DNA of 62,000 bases from Vicugna vicugna (lineage: Eukaryota). Numbering within the stretch: the first letter of the stretch is position 1; each line of letters begins with the position of its first letter. Under the pieces are notes generated by a model. It did not search any database. It worked only from the letters and a program-made list of their open reading frames with translations, and was not told where the DNA came from. The stretch is from the NCBI GenBank assembly GCA_013265495.1, contig MU058844.1:9940184-10002183 (forward strand), in the 5' to 3' direction. A program made the translations under genes and the position numbers. Of the stretch, positions 22,850 through 36,825 are shown piece after piece.

Positions 22850-23894
22850 AGAAAGAGAGAGGTGGAGGGGAGGAGATGAATTTTCATCAAATGGACTTAG
22901 GAAGGCTTCTTGCAAGAAGTGGGACATATACTGCTGATCTTTAAGAGGCCATACATAGGAGGATATAGAGGGCTAAAAATGAGAGTGGGGGGAAAAAATC
23001 ATTCCAAGCAGAAGGAATCACTTGAACAGAGGCTTAGGGGCAAGAAAGTCTGAGATTTGTTCAGGACTAAGGAGAGCACCAAAGGGCTGGGGCATGGATT
23101 CCACGACAAGCAGACTGAGACCTTCTGCCATCAAGTTACCCATCATAGTCAATGGCTGTTACTCACATGCAAAATGTACTCAGTAAAGGCTTTTGAATAG
23201 GAAAGTGACAGACCATGTTTCTATTTTAAAAGAAAATAATGTATGTGCTAGGAAGGATAATAGTAGGGAAAACTAGAGGTGGAACCCACTGGGAAAATTT
23301 AGAGTATCTTTAACCTAAAATGACACCATGTACCGTCTTTAGGAGCAAGGGCTCTACCCTGTTCTACCCCAGTTGAATCTGATGTTGAAATTAGCTCATA
23401 TACCAACTTTGAAAATACACGCTTAAGTCAAAAGTAAGTAAAACAAACATGACCAGAAGCAAAATAAAAATTGGGAAGGAGGTACAAAATCCTTTGGTTA
23501 TTTTTCTCCCCCAGGTAATAACAAAAGGGTAGTTTGGAAACACCATACTATAGTGGACATTTTTATGAATCTTTCATAGGGCAAATTAAATAAAGTCAGT
23601 CATATCCATAAGGAATTTTCAATCTCCAAGCTCAAGGTCATGCTTACAAGTGCTCAGCGTATTATACAGGAGAGTATATATTGTTACTGGACTCTACCTA
23701 AACTCATTTCCTCCCAGTCCCAAGTGCCAAGATGGAGTTATGGGGCAAGGCCCCTGGTACCTGCAAGGGTCTGCCCTCAACCTGGGAGTATCCTAGTGCC
23801 CGAGTGAGTGAGGCATTAAATAATAAAGAAAAAAAAAAAAAAAAAACCACCGTGGTGGCTCAAGAGAGACTGCAAACCAAAGGAAAACAATGTT

Positions 23895-23962
23895 CCCTGT
23901 TTTGAACAAGGGGCTCCACGTTTTCATTTTTCACTAGGTCCATAAAATGTGTAGCCTGCCAG
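23895..23962. mobile_element. MER45-family (hAT-Tip100) terminal fragment
   Basis: tttgaacaaggggctccacgttttcatttttcactaggtccataaaatgtgtagcc resembles the MER45 end as recalled. Confidence 0.6.
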
Positions 23963-26279
23963 GCCCCACATCACTGTCTGCCATAGGAACTACTTTTATT
24001 GTTTTGATTACACTTCTCAGGACCTTTCTATTACCTGATTTGTCTTTGGCTTTATTATCTGTCTCCACCCTCCACGTGAATGTTAGCTCCTAGAAAGCTG
24101 CACTTTGTCAAGTTTACGGCAGTAACCTCAGCTTCTAGATTAAGGGTGACTCACATATTTTTAACCCCTTCCTGCATTGCTCACGGGTCTCAGCTTCCAG
24201 CCCGAACAGCAATAATCAAAGAAGCAAAGTGAAATATTTGCGGCTTATGGCTCCTTTTCCATCCATGAAACTTTTTTCATGTGTTTTCCTACTAAACTTC
24301 CCTCACACTGGTTGACATATCATTGCAACATAAAATAAACTTTTGGAGAAGGCAGCTTATTATTGGACTTCCTTCAGGTTGTTTTGGTATCAATTATTCT
24401 GATGTGAAAGAAAATCTATTTGCGTGTAGAGCTAAATCCTTCATTTTTATTAGACAGGGCAGTTTGCTACAAGAGAAACAATCCTTTGGTTCAAAGGAGA
24501 TACTGTATCCCTCCCTTTCTTTTCAGATTATGAACTAAAGATGCTTCTCCTTATAAGAGCAAGGGATTATGAATCGCCCAAAACAGAGATCTCCACCGCA
24601 GAGGAGAAATATAGCACTTTTAACAAACTCAGGTGATGTTAGATAAGTTACAAAGCTGGAGAATTAAAACTTTTAAAATACAGTGTAAATAAATTTATAA
24701 AATGTTTATATCCTACATATTTGATAAAATTAGAATTGTACATGTATTGAAAAAAATAACAGTTTTTTTTCCTTTCCCCTGAATGAGCAATCTATCTGCC
24801 ATAAAATAAATGGACTTATTTTCACTTTTGATGCTCAAGAAAAATTATTAGTTGGGGATTTTTCAGAGTCAAACTATTTTTATAATTTTTTTTTCTTCAT
24901 CTTACTTCATACCTCACAACTGATATGAAGGAGATTTATCAACACCTACATTCAGGTGAAAATTGGGAGATGAAAGTTACACCGAGCTGTCATTACCACT
25001 TCAAAATATGTGTCAAACAGTCTTCATAAAAGCATTTACTATTTTCTCTCCAATTTTTCTCTTTTTTAACACATCCTTTTTCTTAGAGAGAACCTTCACT
25101 TATAAATGGATATCCAGCTGATGGCTACCCCAAACTGCAGTGATTACTTCAAAAAGATGTCAACGTGACTTGCAGAAACTCTATTTTGTTCAAAGCTTGA
25201 GTGCTGCCTGCTTGGTCTCAACACTTCTGAGACATGAGCTGTGATCTATGGTGCTGATGCTCAAACCTTCATGTGCAGAAGAATTTGGGGTACCACAAAA
25301 ATACTGACTGTCAACTTCAGCCATTCTAATCCCTGAGGTGGAGAAAAGGAACCAGCTCTTCAAGTAAATATTCTAAATGATTTTAATGCAGAAGTTTTGC
25401 AGATCAAACTGAGAGGTAGTATTCTAAAAACTCAAGGAGAGGCCACTTATTAAAGGCCATCTGTTAGATCACGTCGCTTAATTTCAAAATTTCTTCTTCA
25501 CAAAATACGTTCAGATGTCTTCCTCCATGGTCTGGAACCAGCCTCCTCCTTGTCTACTGTCCTTGTCCCCAAGCTTCCTGTGTTAAGGTCAATCTGGACA
25601 CTCCTCCCTCCACTATCCCCACATCATTCAACCAAACTCAACTGCTTGCAGGTCTCCAGCATGCCATTTTATCATTCAGCTCTGGTCCCTTTAACAGAAC
25701 TGCTCATCTGTATTGACTGCCTTTCTGCTCTCTCTCCACGTGGCTACTACCTACTTGTCTTTTCAGATTCAGTTCAAATCATTTCATCCAAAGCCTTTCT
25801 TCTAAGCCTTCAAAATAAGGAGGGTGAAGGAGAGGAGGAGAGCCATTTCTTGAAATTTCATTGTTTCATCTAATCCTCATATAAGCTTAAGAAGTACATT
25901 CCATAATCATCCCAATATACAAATGGGAAAGCTGCAGCTTGGAGGGAGTAAATGAAGTTGCCCAAAGTGACACGGTTAGCAAGTGGTAGAGCAGGGGTTC
26001 TAAGTGAGTACTAAATCTCTGCTCTTCACGACTACCCTGAGCATTAAGGCTGGCTTGGGTCTTCTTAGGGGTTCTCCTGCCTTCCTACACACCCTCCTAC
26101 CAGAGCATGTCACACTGCACAGCCTCACTGACCTGGGTGTGTCCTTCACCTGAGTATACGTTCCTTAAAGACAAGCACAGCATTTTTTCCACTGTTGTAG
26201 ACCCAATAGCCAACACATATTTTGGTACAAACTAGATATTATAAATAAATGAATGAATCATTGAATGAGTAAAGGAAAC

Positions 26280-26930
26280 GTATTCATTCATTCAAACTGG
26301 GCAGTCTCCAAGGATACCAGAATGAACAAAGACAACAGTGGTCTTGATTCTCACAGAACTCATAGGCAGATGGAGAAGAAAGACCACCACACAAGTAATG
26401 TCACCAAAGTATGATGCATATCCTGTCAGTAAGGTTGAGGGTATGAGGAAGAGCTCCCTCAAGGAGTTAAGATAAGACTTGTAAGAATACGTGGAGCAGG
26501 CAGTCATGAAGAACTAAAGGTGAGAGAAATAACAGAGCATTTAAAGAACCAATACCATCTCCAGCTTCTGGAATGTGGGCTTAGGGCAGAAAGTAATGAG
26601 ACGTGTGGCAGGAGGGGTGGCAATGGACAGACTGGTGAGGTCTTGGAAGGGCAATGAGCAGGCACTTGAGAGTTTTGAAGCACTAGAGTGACAGGAGACT
26701 AGATCTCCATTTTAGAAAGACCACCGTTGCTGCAGTGCAGCAGGATGGATCAGAGGGGAAAAACTAAGACTGGAAGCCAGGAGTCTGGTGTGGGGGATGT
26801 AGAAGTACTCCAGGTAACAGGTGACAGTGGCTACGGACAGAATGATGACCATGGGAATGAAGAAAAGGGGAGAGAATTGTCATGTGGAGAAGTGAAATGC
26901 AAACAAAAGAGACAAGTGAAGTATGATTTA
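26280..26930 (-). mobile_element. L2
   Basis: Starts ttcattcattcaa; internal ttttagaaagaccaccgttgctgcagtg...aggatggat; approximate. Confidence 0.65.
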
Positions 26931-27070
26931 CTGAAGCCACATAAAATGACAAAGAAAAAAATCTGAATCTAGTAACCACTTACAGAGAAAAGTAGCCCAA
27001 ATTGCTTTTATTTTATTTTCAGTATTCTCAGGACAAGTTAAAATGATTTCAAAAGAACCAATTCACTAAC

Positions 27071-27205
27071 CTGTTTGTAAGGGGTATCATTCAGATAAAT
27101 TTCAGTGTCCCCAACTGAAATCAAAACACTTTTAGAACAAACAATATCATTGTCAAAGCATTTCTTGTTCTGAGCAATGACAGATACATCTGAATCATCT
27201 GGACT
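27071..27205 (-). CDS. OTOGL: OTOGL e16 (135 nt, 0-0): SPDDSDVSVIAQNKKCFDNDIVCSKSVLISVGDTEIYLNDTPYKQ
   Basis: ttcag acceptor, CAG|gttagt donor; inside ORF 27038..27268. Confidence 0.94.
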
Positions 27206-27241
27206 CTGAAATGTCAAAAATATGTTAATACAAATATATGC

Positions 27242-27272
<31 letters not shown>
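27242..27272. repeat. (TA)n(CA)n microsatellite upstream of the e16 acceptor
   Basis: Seen directly. Confidence 0.9.
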
Positions 27273-27273
<1 letters not shown>

Positions 27274-27714
27274 ATTTTTTTGTTAACAAATCTTAAAGAA
27301 GGCCAAGATTTACAATGAATTGTGTTGAAATTGAAATACAACTTACCTCTAAAATAAAAATCATTTTGATCTAATAATGTGAAGAATTTAGTAAAAATAT
27401 ACCAAGATAACTCCATCCTTAAACATTTATCTATAATATTTTCTGTTAAAATTTTCCAACAAAGCTTTTTTTCCATTTTATAATGGTAGCTCGAATTTAT
27501 CAACCAGTTTCTTTTCATCAAATACCCAACAAGACAGGTCACTTAGGGGAATTTTAAAAGAAATATTTGCATTTTAGATAACATCTTTCATTTTATTTTA
27601 AATCATTTTCCAGCTAAATAATTATCTGCCTCAAGATAAAACTGAAATAAATAAAAAACTTTGGTACCATGTTAGTAAATAATACAATGCATATCATTTG
27701 AGGGTTTCTTTTGA

Positions 27715-27865
27715 ACTTTACCTACATTGTCTCATTTAATTCTTATGATAGTTCTTGAATTATGTATTATCTCCATTTTACAGATCAAAAACCAGAGGTT
27801 AAGAAGGATTAAATGATTGTCCAAGGTCATTTAGCTAAATAAGGGCAGAGACAGAGTTCAAAACC
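27715..27865 (-). mobile_element. MIR
   Basis: tctcatttaattct...ccattttacagat...gtccaaggtcat. Confidence 0.7.
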
Positions 27866-28067
27866 CTTTTTTTAATGCCATTTGTAGAGAAATTAGGAAG
27901 GGTCTAGTGATGGTTGAGGAGAAAAATCAGTTGTAGGTTATAGGAAATCCTTAGTTTCAGAAAATATTATTTAGTCCCACACTCTAATTGGAGCCTGCTC
28001 ATCTGTCACCTCAACCTCACCTTCCTTCAGCCACCCCCTCTCCATCCGCTAAGAACTCGCTCTTGAG

Positions 28068-28250
28068 TCAGGGTTTCTCATTTGTATCCCAGTTTTATAG
28101 ATGGGTTTCAATACTTCTATAGACCCTGGAAGTTCTCTGTAAAATGTTGTTTTTGAGTATCTGCATTTTTCTTGGAAGAAAGCCCATGGTTTTCATCAAA
28201 GTCTTGAAGTGGCTCTTATCCCACACGGAAGTTAAAGCCACACTGCTTTA
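28068..28250. mobile_element. hAT-Charlie-type DNA transposon remnant
   Basis: Begins cagggtttctca and ends gttaaagccacactgc, typical Charlie termini. Confidence 0.5.
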
Positions 28251-29309
28251 CGAGTCCTCCACTAACTTATGGAAGGTGGGTGTTTCATCAGAAGGAAAGT
28301 GACAACTTTCTTTGGACTCAAATTCCAGTTTTCAAAGGCTCACACACATTTCCTGAATTCTTTTTATTTTTACACATGTGGGTCAGTGTTTATTTTCAAA
28401 GTGAGAAAAGCCTTTAAAATGTTTGGAAATCAAATAGGTCTTGACGTAAATTCTCTGTACTTAGTTTTTTATATCACCAACAATATGAACACTAGCTCAA
28501 TATATATTTCTTGCTTTGGCCAAATTCTTCCTGTCTTATTAGTAGTTACTATAGCATAGTGCCTAGAGGATGGGTTTTCAGTGAATGCTGTTGACAGAGT
28601 AATTAATGTGTCCCTCTGTGACCCAATTTTCCTTACTTCATAGGAACCGAGAGCTTTTGCTTCTTATTAAACAATTCTTGTGCAAAGCATTGCCTAAATT
28701 TTGAAAAGGAGAATAATAAGGGTCATTAAGATGATTATGGCATTATACTACTCAAAAAAATAATGCCACACTTTCCTGCCTTTACGAACAATTTTCAAAG
28801 AAGAAAAAAACACATAATTCAGGGTTCTGTTTTGGTCTTCCTCTTGGGAACAGTTATTTAGATTTAGGGATGTAAAAAGCTGGCTGAAAGCATTTCTATT
28901 GCCATTACATTTATATTACTATTAATTAAAGTGCCTCAATGTTAGCTTTATTCTTTATATTAACTCAGAAATGCCAAGACATATTCTATATTGTATGGCC
29001 TGCCTGGTGATATCATGTTATGCTGACAGCAACTTGAAACAATATCAATTCCTAAGAGTCAGGTTTCTCCAATTTCCATTCCTAATGTATTTCAATTTAA
29101 TATCAGGTTTGGAGATAATGCTAGAGTTGCTAAGCAACACAGTAACTAATGATTATAAAGCTAAAGGAAAAAGGTCAATGGCCATGTGCCACATGGATTC
29201 CTCAAACCCTTTAAGCTCAAGTACTAAAAACACTGATACAGAATATTCTCTCTCCCAAGTGATTCCAAAACATGAAATGTCAGCACCTCTCAAGGAAGTG
29301 TGTTATTTT

Positions 29310-29960
29310 ACTCAATGTATCAGTCTATGACTTGTCATGGCCCCAGCCCCTTGCAAGGGTAACTACCCCACAGAAAGTCCCTGCTACAGTAGCCTCTGGC
29401 AGCCATGGTTTATGTTCCACAGCTGAATGGACCCAAAGCAGTACATTCTTCGAAAGCCAAGGGACTTGAATGCAGGTAGGGGGAAAAAAGACAACTCTAG
29501 CCAATTAGATTATCTCTCACATTTGAACCAGAAAATATTGGTTAAAAAAAAGTATTATAGTAAGATCTGAAGGTAAATAGACAGGGAAGATAGAAGGTTG
29601 AGTGGGGGCCACAAAGGCGAGAGTTAGCTTAAAGTATGAGGAAGCAAAGAATGACTGAACTGAAGCAAAAACAGAGAAAAGATACAGAACACAGAGTTCC
29701 AAAACAAGCCTGAGTAAGCGGAGAATAGAGCATTCAGACAGAGATCGCTCCAGCTGCATGAAGGACATCAGGACATCCATGAACTCCTGCTGCCTGGGAG
29801 ACAACGCCACTTTTCAGTTGTCACCTTTGTGACATCTTTGTCCTGTCCCAGGATTTCTTTGGGATATTTATTTCCTTTATGGTTTTGCAAGCAAAATTTT
29901 ACAGCATCCCCTACTGTTGGCTCCCTGAAATAGCCAGCATTTGCCCAGAATGTCACTGAG
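29310..29960. mobile_element. Possible old ERVL/MaLR-type solo LTR
   Basis: GC-elevated block with loosely LTR16/33-like phrases; family not certain. Confidence 0.3.
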
Positions 29961-30260
29961 AAGGAAGACCACCCTGAGGTGCTTCACTGACAAGTTCTTC
30001 TACTTGAAAATACGCTGGTAAAGAAGTTAGTTATAATGGGGTGAAATACTCCAGGACCAATGCCTCCCTTCCATGAAACATGTCTGTTTACTGCTTCTCT
30101 AGTCAAAAATCAGTTACATTCCCACAAGAGAGCTTTCATAAAGCTTCTTATTTATTAACAACTCCCCCAGATGTAAAAAAATTGAGGGCACAGCTAATAT
30201 CTTAATATCAGTATGTTTAACAGCTCCCAACATAGAGGCATAGAGTGTAGACTTAAATAT

Positions 30261-30329
30261 GAGAGAAAGAAGGAAAGAAAGAAAGAAAGAAAGGGACAGA
30301 GAGAGAAAGAAAGAGAGAAAGAAAGAAAA
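30261..30329. repeat. (GAAA)/(GA) purine repeat
   Basis: Seen directly. Confidence 0.9.
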
Positions 30330-33165
30330 CACTGGAAAACCTATATTAATGTTCTATTGAAATGCTTTAGAAAATTTTAATACATGGGGTCTATTACCAA
30401 TGTAGGTAAACTATTACAATGCAAATTACATACTGAATCTTAATATCTAAGATTAATAAGGGGGATGAATCTTATGGAAAAAATATAACAAATATCTTGC
30501 CTAATTTTTCCAACAAGGATACAATGTTTAAGGGTTAGCTTACATGGATAAAGTAGAAAATTAAACACTAATTTATTGAAAGAACATTAAAGAATTAATT
30601 CAATAAACTCCATGATTTTCATTTTCCTATTGAAATAAATTTTAAAAATATGCCAGAGCTTTCTACAAAGTTTCGCTCACAGAATTTTAAAAATTAAATA
30701 AAATTAATATAAGTTTTATTTCCATTTTAACTTTGACAATGTTAATGTATCAGAATCGGAGGTCAATTTTCTTTAGATTTTATTATATAGTTTAACTTAA
30801 TTTTAAATATTTCTGATTTTCCTGATATGTAAATGTTTCTAAAACTATAAAGAACTGATTCGGGGTGAACATTTCCACCATAAGTAGACAAAATATATTA
30901 TTCTAAATATCAATAAAGGTCCAAGTTGTTGTCTTTCTGTGTTTCATTCCTTGGTCTTCAGGATGTTTGTCATACAAAAAATGGAAGTAAAAACTGCATC
31001 CAGAAGACAAACCACATTAAGAATCTCATTTTAGGGAATAAAGATTATTGGCTCAAAGATAGTTAATACATGTAAATGATTCCTATTTGGAAAAAAAAAA
31101 TTTAATCGGCTGCCCATCCCTTGAGTCTAAAACTTTAAGGTACTTTTAAAGTAGTTTTTCTTCTATGGGACTAAGCTAGAAAAAAAAGATGTACAGGCAA
31201 TCAGAGTTGCTAAACAGGAAGTTCGTCAAAAATATCAAAAGTTTTTTTTAAGGAGGAATGATTTTTTTCAGTCACCTTTAGGTTGACCAAAGGAAGGTAA
31301 GGTAAATGAAAGGTAGTATACGTACCATTTTTCAAAAGAAATACTTATATCTCAACTTAGGCTTCAGTTTGTTCCTTAATTCTGCCATTTCTTTTTTCAT
31401 TCACTTATATTCCCTTAACATACATTCAGATTCTTATTTAATTAATTCTATCATCTGTTTCACAACTTCTAGAAAGCAGAAAATATTTTCATTCCAGTGG
31501 GAATAAATTTTATTCAGAGTGAAACTTTTATCTAATTTTTACAGTTTAGTTCTTTCTTTCCCTGTTTATTTACTTTTTATTTTGCTGAAATGCCACACCA
31601 CTGTATGATTACCATGCCACTTAGCTTGCATTTTACTTATTTGACAGAGATAGCTCTATCTAGTTCTATCTAGAGCTTTATCTTTGCCTAAGATGATTTC
31701 CCTTAACTTCCTTTCCTCTCTGTTTTCATTTCCTGTGGATAGATAGATGAATGGATGGACGGATAAATAAATACACACACATACAAACATACACACAAAC
31801 AGGGTCTATCCTTCGAGGTATTATGAGATCATGAGCGACTAAGAGGAGACATTCATGAAAATATGGAACGTGTGAGACCCAATGCTTTAAGAAATTCTTG
31901 GAGAAAGAAGCCACCGGAGGAGACTAAGGACTGATCAGAGACAAAGACCAGCAAAAACAGCAGAATTACCTCAAAGAAGACAAAGCAAGAACTACTTCCA
32001 AAAAAAGAAGAATAACAGTAAGAAGTTTTAATTGGATTTTGTATAGGTCACCACTGACTTTTACAGTTGCAATTTTACATGAACTTTGTGATAGGTGATT
32101 AATCACTCTCCCTCACCAGCCTGAATGTCAGAGGCAAGACCCACATCTATGTTTGCACATCACTATGCCTCCACCTCTCAGGACAGGGCCGGACACAAAT
32201 AAATCACACAAGAAATATTGATGTGAAAAATGATGCAGGGCATAGAAATTTGAGAGCAATGAAATTAGATGATTTTCAAAGACTTAAGAAGAACAAAGAA
32301 CATTTGAGATAGCATTAAGCAGAATGCTGAAAAACCTAATCTAGAACAAATTACAGGAGAAATCTAGCAGTGACTGGGGTTTCTCATAGATAATGGAAGT
32401 AGAATTTGCCTCTGAAACCTGGGATTTGGAATATTAAAATTTCCCATTTTTGCTTAAAACATCAAGTGTTTTCTCTTTCTTTGAGTTTATAGCACAGGTT
32501 AAGGTCCTGTTTGGTTTCTCAACTCTTTTTACTCTTAAAAAAGTCTTACCTCTGGAAATACAATTATGAACTTTGTCCTAGATTTGCTTCAACATACTTA
32601 AAAAATAATGTGTTGTATTCCATGTGCTATTTACAGTACAGCATAAACAGCCTCCAAAATGAATAAAATATCAGAGAACCTGAATTTTTTAAGTTTGACA
32701 AACATCAACAAAGACGGGGGAGTGTTCACTAAAACTAAACTACATTTAAAACTCCACAATCCAAAGATTAAAAACAAAAGAAAACCTTTAATATCTCTTC
32801 AAAGGTCAGAGTCAAGTAACATTATACTTTTAAGATAACACTGAGTAAGTATCAATTTTTAGAAGTCCAACTGGCCAATAAAAGGGAAATTCTTATTAAT
32901 TGGATTGCTAGATCCTTCACAGGGCCCAAAGAAATAAATGGTAAGTTTCACCAGATAAAAGTATGTTACAAATGACAAAAATAAAGCCTGGAATTTGTAA
33001 TCAAAACAAAGAGGAAAGAGAGCTGCTTGACAAAGAAGAAAGAATTAGATTTGCTCTTCACAGAAGTGATTCCTACCTCTGAAAAAGTAGCAAGTAAATG
33101 AACCATGCTGGCAAGTCATCCTACCATTCCCAAAGGAAATGCTAATTCTTCCCCCTCTCAGAAAA

Positions 33166-33178
33166 GGGGGGGGGGGGG
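33166..33178. repeat. G13 homopolymer
   Basis: Seen directly. Confidence 0.9.
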
Positions 33179-34289
33179 TGCCAGGAAAAATTGCAGCAGA
33201 AAATATCCAAGTGTTGAGAAATTTAGTATTTTGCATGGTAATATTTCAAGATCATGAATATTAGGTTGCATTGATAAATCACTAATTTGTTTCTGGTATG
33301 AAATAATTACCTGCTCCATGGTAAAATAAAATATTTCTTGGCTTATCAAGCATATGTTGGTTAAATTGTCCTAACCATTGTTGGGGCCTAGTTCTGAGTT
33401 TTTTCTTTTTTTAATTTCAGTAAAAATTCCCATTACAATACAAGTGATGATAGGAAATCAGGGTTATGAAGCCTGAAAGCCAAACCTTAATGGCTCTTGC
33501 CTGCTAAATAAAAAGGTACTGTTATATTGCAGCACTAGTAAAATTGACTGCTACCATCATTCAGCATCAAATACAAGAATATACTTTCAGGAATCAGAGT
33601 TGAGACAAATAGTCTACTTTCTGCACAATCATGTTTGAAAATACAGTGGTAAGTACTATGATTTCTCTTCTGCAAAGGAAATGAGGAGTTAAGAAAAAGC
33701 CAGGTGGGACATACAGATCAAATAAATAGTTTTTAAGGGTTCACCAAATGCCCAGCATTTCGCAAAATGCCTGGAAGAGGAAAAGAGAAATGGAGGGCAT
33801 GATATCTGTTTTCAAAACTTTTGAATTGTCTTGGAGAAATATAGCCTAAAATACAGAGTAGTCAAGTCTTTGTTAACACAGTTTACATTTAATAGGCCCT
33901 AAGAATTGCTTATTAAATGAATGAAATGGATAATGTATGAGCAAAGACCACTGTCACACATTGGAAAACGTTTGCAAAGACAGCGATGTGTGGACAAGGT
34001 TTTAAATACCTTTAGTAAATACTCTAAATAATTTTTCCATATACAAAGTGAAAACACAGTTTGGCAGAATTTTTGTTTTGCTACTTAAAATGGCACCATA
34101 AAAATCATCATTAATTAATCTTGATGATATGTCCAATGGGAACATGTCATGTTTGATATAATATTGTCAATGATACTTTCTTTTTTCTAGATGTGACTTA
34201 AAGTTTACTCTTCAGAGGAAGAAGAGAATTTAAAAAATAGGTTAAAAAATTTAATAGTTAAATTAATTTTTTAAAGATGGAAGTGCTCT

Positions 34290-34457
34290 ACATCCTCTCT
34301 ATTCAAAGAGTGGACCATGGACATGGAACATCAGGGTACCTTATTAAAAATTGCAGAATCCAAGATCCTGCTTCAAATCCATAAAATCAGAACCTGTATT
34401 TTAACAGGATTTCCAGGTCATATGCACACCCACTAAAGTTTAAGAAGTGTTGCTCTA
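34290..34457. mobile_element. MER5A-type hAT MITE
   Basis: aaaatcagaacctgtattttaacaggatttccagg...taaagtttaagaagtgttgctcta. Confidence 0.7.
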
Positions 34458-36357
34458 CATACTTCAGGTTGAAGGCATGTATATGCATTTATAATGAATA
34501 TTAGATAATTAATTAAGTATAAGCTTGTGATTTCTACCCTCTAATAGAGACTGTTAGAAAACTGAACAAGTAATTTTTCAGCTCTTATAATAGAACTGTG
34601 CTATTCCTTACAAGGAACCCAAAAGAAGTGTAGCACAGCATAAAATCATACACAATCTAGCTGAGCACATATAAAATAATCAGGATATAATGAGTTGCTT
34701 ACTTTTGACATGATGACTATTAAATACAATAGGATGTAAGAACAGGACAGATAAATGTGAACTGGAAAAGTCACTCTGTGGGAGCAGAGGCAATCAGGTA
34801 CAGAAAATACCCTGGGAAAAAAGGAAGAGGAGAAATGGAGCTAACTGAGACTTTTGAAAGACTATAATGGGAATTTTGACTTTCTGGAGGCTGGTAATTG
34901 GGAGTCAACTTTGGTTCTTAAAAAAAAGCAATGACATGATCGCAATGGGAGTTTTAGAAAGATTAACAGAATGAAAAAAAATGTTTTATTGTAGGGATGA
35001 AGTTGAGTCAGAAAGCCTAGAAATTGAAGGTCACAGCTGTTTATGTCAGTTTGGAACTCATCAGCCTGTAGACGTGGTTAAGATTGTAGAGGTGGATGAA
35101 CACACGAAGCAGAAGGAGAAAAGAGCAAAGAGCCAAGAGCAGACGAGCAGTTCACTCAACACTCAATGAACAACCATATTCCCAGCACAGTGCTCCGCAC
35201 TGGTGAAACAATAGTGACTAAGATTCGATCCTTGCCCTGAAGGAGCCAGCTCAGTCATCTATGGTCTGGGACTTAGGCAAACAGAAAAGGCAACAAAGAG
35301 ACAAAGGAGAAATTAGAAGAGACACTAAAGGGCTCAAAAAGCATAATACCCTAAAAGTCAAAGGAAGAGAGAACTCAAAGGAGTGTAAGAGGCAGCTAAA
35401 TATCAAGGGAAGAAAGGGTTTGGTACAAAATCAGTCTGATAGATTTTGAGAAAAAGGTGTCAGTTCATGTATTCAAATCTCTAAACTGTTATTTACTTTT
35501 CCAAGCTTATCAATTTGCGACCTAAACTTCAAAGGATGAAAAAGTTCTAATGTAAATTTGTTTGCTAAGTAAGGCTCATTAAGACAAATACTCACAGAAT
35601 GTATATGCACCACTGTGCCTTTCCTATGCTCCAAACATTATCAAAACAACACACACACACACACACCCCGTATAAGCAACTTGTCATCTTCTATAATTAT
35701 CTGACTGCCAAATCCATTCCCAGGGACTTATTCTTAAAGAAACTTCAAATTGTTCATAAAGAAGGCTAAGAGTAGCACTGAAAGGGAAATTCAGTGATTT
35801 CTCTTGAAACATAAGCAAGAGCTTTGTTTCACTTTGGAAGGCTTTGGATTTTACTGTTCATTTTTTTTTTTTGACAGAATTAATACAATGTGGGAATGTG
35901 CCTACTCTCTTGACATATGCTTGAAGAACAGGATCATACACAAACCTGGAATAACATAAAAAGCCTTACGCAGAAAAAAAAAAGACAACCACGCATTCAA
36001 GATAATCACAGGTTACCTAGCCAGAGGAAAAGAGGTTATTTTGCTTATTCTTGAGCAACTTCTTCCTGACACTTACATTTTTCATTTAGAAATTTAATTC
36101 TGGGATCAATGATGTCTAAATAAAGTTTAGGTATACAGGAAGTCCAAATACATTAAAGATATGGGAAATTTAAGGATTTTTATCAGATATACAAAGTCTA
36201 GAGTTTTCCAGAGTATACCATCAAAATAGCAGGTGTGGAATTGAGAATAATGTCTTACTGTCTGCTACAACCATAAACAGTACAGGGTCCAATACATGAT
36301 TTAATGTCTTACATTTGTATTCACTAAACTAAGCCAATAAACATAAAAATGGTTGAC

Positions 36358-36515
36358 ATTTGTTGAGCAGTTACTTAATATCAAAGTGCTGTCTGACAGT
36401 TTTGCTTATATTTATCTCGTTTATTCCTAAGAACTACCCCAGGAGACAGGTACAGTTATTTTTCTCATTTCACAAATGAGAAAACAGAGGCACAGAAAGT
36501 TTAAGAATTAGCCCA
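36358..36515 (-). mobile_element. MIR
   Basis: catttgttgagcagttac...catttcacaaatgagaaaacagaggcacaga. Confidence 0.7.
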
Positions 36516-36686
36516 TCATTTATAAATAACAAAACTTTAAAATGGGTCAAGGAAATTAGTTCAAAATCACTATAACTTTTAAAGGCTTTATTAATGATAC
36601 ATGGATTTGATATGCTTTGTCCACCATACTTGTTTTTTACATTATCTTTATATAATTATATATACAAGTAAGTAATTGAGACATAC

Positions 36687-36825
36687 CTTTATCAAAAATA
36701 CCTGGCAATCACTGATAAAATCATATTCCAGTCCATCAAAAGAATGATAATGCCGGTCCCCATACACTGTACACATTGCTGGGCACGGATAGTATGTGCA
36801 ATTGAACATTCCTCGTCGACAAACA
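36687..36825 (-). CDS. OTOGL: OTOGL e15 (139 nt, 2-0): [47 protein letters not shown]' into VWD3
   Basis: aacag acceptor, AAG|gtatgt donor; GDxHYxSFDG motif. Confidence 0.94.

Noticed and set aside
24161..24175. TTAA-CCCC as a piggyBac terminus
   Set aside because: No matching GGG-TTAA end nearby.
31635..31695. Imperfect inverted repeat as a pre-miRNA
   Set aside because: Short, bulged, AT-rich stem with no recognisable miRNA sequence.
19735..36702. Internal in-frame CAG|GTATTT donors in e15 (36702) and e18 (19765)
   Set aside because: Weaker than the used donors, and their use would delete conserved VWD residues.
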